Assembly: GCA_001189075.1 (NCBI GenBank)
Contig: LFCN01000006.1
Coordinates: 386,041-450,040, forward strand
Direction: 5' to 3'
From: Parcubacteria bacterium C7867-004
GTDB lineage: Bacteria; Patescibacteriota; Minisyncoccia; Phycocordibacterales; Phycocordibacteraceae
DNA length: 64,000 nt
Positions within the stretch are counted from its first letter, which is position 1; the number at the start of each line of letters is the position of its first letter. A program made the translations under genes and the position numbers. The notes beneath the pieces were generated by a model. The model ran no database searches and was not told the DNA's origin. It was given only the letters and a program-made list of their open reading frames with translations. Below are positions 58,160-64,000 of the stretch, in pieces.

Positions 58160-58567
58160 ATGAAGAATCTCACGCTCGCGGCTATTTCAATCCCGGTGCT
58201 CCTCGTACTCGATCTGCTCTGGATCGGCGTTATTGCCGCAGGTTTTTACAAGGCCGAGCTCGGTCCTCTGCTACGCCCAGACATCGTCTGGCAGGCGGCG
58301 GTCTTGTTCTATGTGATCTATGCGTTCGGACTCGCCTTCTTCGTTGTGCGACCGGCACTCGAGAGCGGCCAGGCATTCAAGCGCACGGCGCTCGCGGGCG
58401 CGTTCTTTGGCCTCGTTGCCTTCGCGACCTGTGACCTCACCAATCTCGCCACCATCGCGGGCTGGTCCACGCTCGAGACCTTCGTCGACATGGGGTGGGG
58501 CGTGATAGCGACCACCATCGCAACTACGGTCTCGTATTTTGCAGGAAAGAAGCTTCTTGGCTACTAA
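58160..58567 (+). CDS. DUF2177-like 4-TM membrane protein
   Basis: Four hydrophobic helices, ~135 aa. Confidence 0.4.
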   Translation: MKNLTLAAISIPVLLVLDLLWIGVIAAGFYKAELGPLLRPDIVWQAAVLFYVIYAFGLAFFVVRPALESGQAFKRTALAGAFFGLVAFATCDLTNLATIAGWSTLETFVDMGWGVIATTIATTVSYFAGKKLLGY

Positions 58568-58571
58568 TCGT

Positions 58572-59042
58572 ATGCGTCTGCGCTCATTCTTGGCGCTCGT
58601 TGGATTCGTCGGGGTATCTCTTGCTGCCGGTTTCCTCGGATCAATGGCGGTTGTGGGCAGTGTGAACGGCTGGTACGCAACGCTTATAGCACCGGCTTGG
58701 ACACCGCCGAACGCGGTCTTCGGACCAGTGTGGACGATCCTGTACGTTCTTATGGGTAGCGCGGCATACCTCGTCTCGCGCTCGCCAAGAATAGGCAAGG
58801 TCTTCGCTATCTGGCTTTTCCTTGCGCACCTCCTCTTGAACGCGTTCTGGAGCATCGCGTTTTTCGGCATGCACGAGATTTTGCTCTCGTTGGTTGTTAT
58901 CGTCCTACTGCTCTCGATTGTAATCGTGTTAGCAGCTTTGTTTTATAGATATTCAAGAACTGCGGGGTATCTCATGATTCCGTACGTGCTCTGGGTGGCC
59001 TACGCAACGACGCTCAATATCGGCTTTCTCGTTTTGAATTAA
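58572..59042 (+). CDS. tspO: TspO/MBR family tryptophan-rich sensory protein
   Basis: WYATLIAPAWTPPNAVFGPVWTILYVLMG and five TM helices. Trp-rich. Confidence 0.75.
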   Translation: MRLRSFLALVGFVGVSLAAGFLGSMAVVGSVNGWYATLIAPAWTPPNAVFGPVWTILYVLMGSAAYLVSRSPRIGKVFAIWLFLAHLLLNAFWSIAFFGMHEILLSLVVIVLLLSIVIVLAALFYRYSRTAGYLMIPYVLWVAYATTLNIGFLVLN

Positions 59043-59074
59043 GTGCCGCGCCGCGTGCTATCATCGCCATACCT

Positions 59075-60373
59075 ATGCGCACCGATATCGTCCATCCGGG
59101 AGCTGATAAGCTCCGCTACGAGATCCGGCGCATCGTCGAGGTAGCTAAATCCGTACAGGCGCTCGGCACCCCGATTATCTGGGAGAATATCGGCGACCCG
59201 GTAGCAAAAGGCGAGCAGGTGCCGGAATGGATAAAGGAGTACGTGAAGAACGCAGCGAGCGAGAACGCTTCGTTCGGCTACTCACCGACGCAGGGTCTCG
59301 ACGTCGCACGCGACTACATCCGCGATGAGCGGAACCTTGAAGACGGTATCAACATAACTTCTGACGACATCCTCTTCTTCAACGGCCTCGGGGACGCTAT
59401 CTCGACGCTCTACGGGAACCTGCACCCAAAAGCGCGCGTTATAGGACCGAATCCGGCGTACCCCACGCATTCCTCAGCCGAAGCCGCGCATGCGGACTCC
59501 GCACATATCACGTACAAACTAGATCCGGCAAACGGCTGGAAACCGGACCTAGAGGATCTACGCACAAAGATAGAGGCGAACCCTGACATTGCCGGCATCC
59601 TCATCATCAATCCGGATAACCCGACCGGTTTCGTGTATCCGGAAGAAACGCTGCGCGAGATGGTCGCAATCGCGAAGGAGCACAACCTCTTCATGATCTC
59701 GGATGAGATCTACTCGAACCTCGCATACGCCGGGAGCGGCATGAAGAAACTCGCCTCCGTTATCGGAGACGTTCCCGGTATCGCCATGCGCGGCATCTCG
59801 AAGGAGTTTCCGTGGCCGGGCGCACGCTGCGGCTGGGTGGAGTTCTATAACCGGGACAAGGACGACTCGTTCGACCGGTACGCCCGCTCTCTGCTCGATT
59901 CGAAGATGCTCGAGGTCTGCTCGACTACGCTTCCTCAGGCGGTCCTGCCGAGGGTAATGGGGGATTCGAGATACTATCCGTACCTCGACGATCGGGTCGC
60001 AAACTATGCCCGGAAGTCTGCAAAGGCGGTTGAGATACTCTCATCCATTCCTGAACTTGTCATTCATCCAGCACAGGGTGCCTTCTATATGACTGCAGTC
60101 TTCGCAGAAGGATCACTTACCGATACTCAGACACTTTCCGTTACTCCCGAAGCAGAAGCGGTTATCAATCCGCATCTAGCGGATGCGAGACCGGATCAGC
60201 GCTTCGTGTACTACCTCCTTGCCTCAACGGGAATCTGCATAGTCCCGCTTTCGCTCGGGTTCAATTCGGATCTGAACGGTTTCCGCTTCACGCTCCTGGA
60301 GTCGGATGAAGGGAAGTTCGAACAGATCGTATCGACGATCAGAGATTCTATCCAGACGTATCTCGCCTCATAG
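59075..60373 (+). CDS. class I/II PLP-dependent aminotransferase
   Basis: Fold-type I layout (about 430 aa) and the family's N-terminal pattern. A Lys-containing SKEF segment may be the PLP site. Confidence 0.65.
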   Translation: MRTDIVHPGADKLRYEIRRIVEVAKSVQALGTPIIWENIGDPVAKGEQVPEWIKEYVKNAASENASFGYSPTQGLDVARDYIRDERNLEDGINITSDDILFFNGLGDAISTLYGNLHPKARVIGPNPAYPTHSSAEAAHADSAHITYKLDPANGWKPDLEDLRTKIEANPDIAGILIINPDNPTGFVYPEETLREMVAIAKEHNLFMISDEIYSNLAYAGSGMKKLASVIGDVPGIAMRGISKEFPWPGARCGWVEFYNRDKDDSFDRYARSLLDSKMLEVCSTTLPQAVLPRVMGDSRYYPYLDDRVANYARKSAKAVEILSSIPELVIHPAQGAFYMTAVFAEGSLTDTQTLSVTPEAEAVINPHLADARPDQRFVYYLLASTGICIVPLSLGFNSDLNGFRFTLLESDEGKFEQIVSTIRDSIQTYLAS

Positions 60374-60397
60374 AAAAACCGCCTGAAGGCGGTTTCT

Positions 60398-61429
60398 TTA
60401 TTTGCCCTGCCCGTAGTACTTCTTTAGAAGTCGTACGTGCTCTTTGTAGTTCTCGGTGCAGTGCATCTCTCCATACTTGTCATGGAAATAGAAGAGGCAA
60501 TCGGTCTTCTTCGGATTGAGCGCAGCGAGAACCGCTGCGGTTGAAGGATTTGAGATAGGGCCCGGAGGAAGACCTCCGTATTTGTATGTGTTGTATTCGG
60601 ACTTCACGTACTTGTCGTTCGGCACCACCTTCGGCCACCATGAACCCGTCTTTGATTTCGTTGCCTTTGCGTACTGGAGTGTCGCATCGATCTGCAGGTT
60701 CATGCCTGCCCAAAGCCTGTTCCAGATGATGCCGGAGATAAGGCGCATCTCGGCTGGATCGCGGGTTTCGCGCTCGAGCATGGAGGCGATAGTAAGCATC
60801 TCTTCTACCGGAACGAGCTCTTCGGTGGTAGTGCTGTAGCGGGCAAGGATGTCCTTCTTGAAGCGATCGGAGAGGAGTTCCTGCACGTAGGTAGCGTTCG
60901 CCGCTCCGCTAACCATGTAGGTACCCGGTACGAATTCCCCTTCAGAGAGCTCGGGCTCTTCGGTGTGCACTTGCTTAAGGAATTCCGCCTGTTCCTTAGC
61001 GCTCCAGCCGAGTTCCTGTCCAAATACGTAGGCTACTTCTTCTTCCCGGTATCCGGGCTTTATCTCTACGAACGCGATACTGCTTCCCGCGATCTGCTGA
61101 TAGCCGGGAACGGAGACGATGAGATTGGCGAGCCAGGAGAACGCGCCTCCCACGAAGCCGAGTGCCGCTGCGCGCTCGCCATGGGTCTCCTCGAGGAGTG
61201 CCTCGACGGTAGGGTCTTCGGTTATGACCTCGTTGATGGGATCAACCGTAACAGGAAACGGATCCTTCGGCGGCTCAGCAATGGCGAGCTTGAGATCGGT
61301 CGCAAGCACGGTAGGAATGGAGAAGACACCGACACCGACGATCAGGAAGGTGAGGAGGGCAGGCGCGAGCGAGGCGAGTGGCGCAACAAAGTTTCGGCGC
61401 CGCTTGGGCGTCGAGAACTTGTGGGGCAT
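60398..61429 (-). CDS. mltG: endolytic murein transglycosylase MltG (YceG-like)
   Basis: N-terminal TM anchor. C-terminal YceG block: WNRLWAGMNLQIDATLQYA...YNTYKYGGLPPGPISNPS. Start uncertain; the ORF is open to 61504. Confidence 0.75.
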   Translation of the reverse strand: MPHKFSTPKRRRNFVAPLASLAPALLTFLIVGVGVFSIPTVLATDLKLAIAEPPKDPFPVTVDPINEVITEDPTVEALLEETHGERAAALGFVGGAFSWLANLIVSVPGYQQIAGSSIAFVEIKPGYREEEVAYVFGQELGWSAKEQAEFLKQVHTEEPELSEGEFVPGTYMVSGAANATYVQELLSDRFKKDILARYSTTTEELVPVEEMLTIASMLERETRDPAEMRLISGIIWNRLWAGMNLQIDATLQYAKATKSKTGSWWPKVVPNDKYVKSEYNTYKYGGLPPGPISNPSTAAVLAALNPKKTDCLFYFHDKYGEMHCTENYKEHVRLLKKYYGQGK

Positions 61430-61512
61430 AAGCGGTCGGAAGTTTCCGGGCACTTGATGCATTGTATCCATGATTTCTTCCGGCGGAAACCCTCGGTTGC
61501 GCACAACGATGA

Positions 61513-62088
61513 ATGGACAGGCAGCAACCGACAGTGCTACGGTTCGAGGATATGAAGGACTCCATCCAGAAAGAACCTACCGGAGTCGAGCGCATCGTCG
61601 CTTCAATTGGCTCGGTAGGCTCCCTCGTCGTGCACACGCTCGCGTTCGCACTCTTCTTCATGCTGTCGCTCTTCGGGGTCATCTCCTGGGAGACGATGCT
61701 CCTGGTACTTACGACTCTGGTCTCGCTCGAGGCCATCTATCTTGCGATCTTCATCCAGATAACCGTTAACCGGCACACGCAGTCCCTCAAAGAGGTCGAG
61801 GAAGACATCGACGAGATTCAGGAGGACGTCGAGGAACTCGGCGAGGACATGGAGGATATCCAGGAAGATCTGGAGGAGATATCCGAGGACATCGAGGAGA
61901 TTTCGGAGGATATCGATGAGATTCAAGAGGACGTCGAGGAGCTGAACGAGGAGGAGGGAGACGCTCCTACGGCAAAGACCGAAAAGCCGAAGAAAAAGGA
62001 GATGACCCAAGCTGATGCGCTCGAACAGCTGACGAAAGATGTCGCGCGCGTGCTCAAGGACCTTGAGGAGCTGAAGAAGTCGAAGTAG
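61513..62088 (+). CDS. DUF1003-like 2-TM membrane protein with acidic D/E-I-Q-E repeat tail
   Basis: Two TM helices followed by repeated EEDIDEIQEDVEEL units and a Lys-rich C-terminus. Confidence 0.5.
   Translation: MDRQQPTVLRFEDMKDSIQKEPTGVERIVASIGSVGSLVVHTLAFALFFMLSLFGVISWETMLLVLTTLVSLEAIYLAIFIQITVNRHTQSLKEVEEDIDEIQEDVEELGEDMEDIQEDLEEISEDIEEISEDIDEIQEDVEELNEEEGDAPTAKTEKPKKKEMTQADALEQLTKDVARVLKDLEELKKSK
61795..61950 (+). repeat. imperfect tandem ~21-24-nt repeats encoding acidic (E-D/E-I-x-E-D-x) heptad-like units
   Basis: Units gaggaagacatcgacgagattcag / gaggacgtcgaggaactc / gaggacatggaggatatccag ... are visible in sequence. Confidence 0.7.
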
Positions 62089-62100
62089 AGTGAGGGAATC

Positions 62101-62171
62101 GGGCCTATAGTGAAGCGGTATCACGCATCCATGGCATGGATGAAGTCGGGGTTCGACTCCCCGTAGGTCCA
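62101..62171 (+). tRNA. tRNA-Ala (anticodon GGC), G3:U70 present, no encoded CCA
   Basis: Hand-folded: acceptor gggccta/taggtcc with G3:U70, D arm gtga-agcggta-tcac, anticodon loop auGGCau, T arm cgggg-ttcgact-ccccg, discriminator A. Confidence 0.8.
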
Positions 62172-62208
62172 CTTTGTTTATTAAGTAGCTGTTTGCTAGA
62201 CTGGCTAT

Positions 62209-63051
62209 ATGACAGGGGTACTGGCCCAGGCAGGGTCTTTTTTCAATATGCTGTTCAGCGTGCCGGTGGCGTATGCTGCCGAGGAGGCGGCTGGCGAGCA
62301 CGCAAGCGGCATTCATGTCGTCCTTAAAGCCGAGGAGATCGGGAGCCTTTTCGGTTTCCCTATCACCAACTCGCTCCTGATGACGTGGATTGTCGTCGCG
62401 CTCCTTATCGGCTTCGCGGTCCTGTTCCGTCGGAAAATAGCGCTGGTGCCAGGAAAGCTCCAGGCAGGTATCGAGATGCTCTTCGAAGGAGTGCTCAATT
62501 ACATGAGCGAGACGCTCGAGGACGAGAAGCTTGCACGCAAGTTCTTCCCGCTCATCATGACGATCTTTCTCTTCGTCCTCATTGCCAACGAGCTCGCATT
62601 CCTTCCGGGTGTGGGATCGATTCTCATTGAGCATATGGGGGAATCGGTACCGTTCCTTAGGGCGCCTGCAGCTGACCTGAACCTCACGCTCGCGCTTGCC
62701 ATTATCTCGTTCCTCGTGATCGAGATAACCGGCGTCGTGGTCCTCGGATTCTTCAAATACGCCGGGAAATATGTTAATTTCAGTTCACCGGTCAACTTCG
62801 TTGTAGGCATCATCGAGCTGCTCTCGAACGTCGGGCGCCTCATCTCGTTCTCGTTCCGTCTCTTCGGAAACGTCTTCGCGGGCGAGGTCATGATAGCGGT
62901 GGCGGTATTCTTCGTAGCATATCTGCTGCCGGTGCCACTCATGGCGTTTGAGGTGTTCGTGGGCTTCATTCAGGCAGTCGTGTTCTCGATGCTCACGCTG
63001 TTCTTCATCAAGTTGTCGATCATGGACCCGCACGGGGACGAGGCGCACTAG
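62209..63051 (+). CDS. atpB: F0F1 ATP synthase subunit a
   Basis: Multi-TM protein with the conserved RLFGNVFAGE motif (essential Arg). Confidence 0.9.
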   Translation: MTGVLAQAGSFFNMLFSVPVAYAAEEAAGEHASGIHVVLKAEEIGSLFGFPITNSLLMTWIVVALLIGFAVLFRRKIALVPGKLQAGIEMLFEGVLNYMSETLEDEKLARKFFPLIMTIFLFVLIANELAFLPGVGSILIEHMGESVPFLRAPAADLNLTLALAIISFLVIEITGVVVLGFFKYAGKYVNFSSPVNFVVGIIELLSNVGRLISFSFRLFGNVFAGEVMIAVAVFFVAYLLPVPLMAFEVFVGFIQAVVFSMLTLFFIKLSIMDPHGDEAH

Positions 63052-63087
63052 CGCCGGTCTCGATGCGGCTCCGGGATGGAGCATTAA

Positions 63088-63336
<249 letters not shown>

Positions 63337-63397
63337 GGCGCTTGGCATCAGCGCTCGACGCTGATCCAACCGCTGTACCAGCCTCTTAGTACTCATC

Positions 63398-63841
63398 ATG
63401 GAACAACTCTTCGACGCATTCGGCATAGACGGGAAGCTGCTCATCGCGCAGCTGATCAATTTCGGCGTGCTCTTCGTCGCGCTTACCTGGCTTCTCTACA
63501 AGCCGGTTATGAAGACGCTGGACGAGCGCCGGGAGAAGATCGCCAAAGGCGTCGAAGACGCTGAGCTCGCTACCGCAAAGCTCGAAGGCGCTGATGAGGA
63601 GGTGTCTCGTCGTGTACAGGGTGCGGAAACGGAAGCTGAAGGCATCGTTGCTTCGGCTCGCGACGCGGCAAACACGGAGAAGGCACGCATCATGAAGGAG
63701 GCTGACGCTCGAGCCGCACAGATCGCCGTTGATGCTGATCTGCGCGCTAAGGAAGCGGCCGCACAGGCGCTCAAAGAGAGCGAGAAGGAAGTAGCACGTC
63801 TTGCGGTACTCGCTGCTGAGAAGGTGCTCCGCAAATCATAA
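63398..63841 (+). CDS. atpF: F0F1 ATP synthase subunit b
   Basis: One N-terminal TM helix, then a long charged helix (KPVMKTLDERREKI...). Confidence 0.85.
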   Translation: MEQLFDAFGIDGKLLIAQLINFGVLFVALTWLLYKPVMKTLDERREKIAKGVEDAELATAKLEGADEEVSRRVQGAETEAEGIVASARDAANTEKARIMKEADARAAQIAVDADLRAKEAAAQALKESEKEVARLAVLAAEKVLRKS

Positions 63842-64000
63842 TGGAACGCGAGTACGCACAAGCTCTGAGAGAAATGGTTGCCGGTGGCACCGATGAGGCT
63901 GCTATCGTCGACGGTCTTGTAAAACACCTCAAGCTTGAAGGGCGTCTGAAGCTTCTGCCCGGTATCCTCCGGGAACTCAAGGGACTGCAGGCTCGAGCGG
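63841..64000 (+). CDS. atpH: F0F1 ATP synthase subunit delta, N-terminal fragment (runs off window)
   Basis: ATG overlaps the atpF stop. The YAQAL...LKLLPGIL pattern is typical of OSCP/delta N-termini. Confidence 0.6.
   Translation, partial: MEREYAQALREMVAGGTDEAAIVDGLVKHLKLEGRLKLLPGILRELKGLQARA

Overview
This is a gene-dense bacterial chromosomal segment of about 58% GC, almost entirely coding and mostly on the + strand. The gene content is largely housekeeping: serS (3' end), dus, dnaX, engB, trhO, an ABC-F ATPase, class I lysyl-tRNA synthetase, valS, tgt, uvrB/uvrA/uvrC, ddl and the start of an F-type ATP synthase operon (atpB-E-F-H). There are three tRNAs (Gln-UUG, Ala-UGC, Ala-GGC), none with an encoded CCA. 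Several traits point to a streamlined, possibly CPR/Patescibacteria-like lineage: a 342-aa DnaX, a UvrC without the HhH tail, class I LysRS, DUF1003, a DUF5667-like anti-sigma, small Lys-rich proteins and tight gene packing. This lineage assignment is inference only. No rRNA, CRISPR array, integrase or transposase was seen. Six things stand out. (1) A 2.2-kb AT-rich islet (~38% GC) sits immediately 3' of tRNA-Ala(UGC), is bounded by ~38-bp imperfect direct repeats, and carries a single 699-aa ORF with a caspase/CHAT-like His...Cys dyad. (2) An operon pairs an FtsK/HerA/TraG-superfamily (VirB4/VirD4-like) P-loop ATPase with a 1260-aa coiled-coil, glycine-zipper, Pro/Ala-rich membrane protein, a small acidic protein and a membrane-anchored FKBP. 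(3) Three orphan genes with a distinct, more C-ending codon usage each have their own terminators. (4) An ATP-citrate-lyase-like AclB/AclA pair sits between a histidine kinase and a receiver protein. (5) A matrixin-type metzincin has its catalytic core split by a long coiled-coil insertion. (6) A secreted beta-helix protein has a (TP)n linker encoded by a slippage-prone hexanucleotide repeat. All calls rest on motif recognition by eye; no database searches were run.
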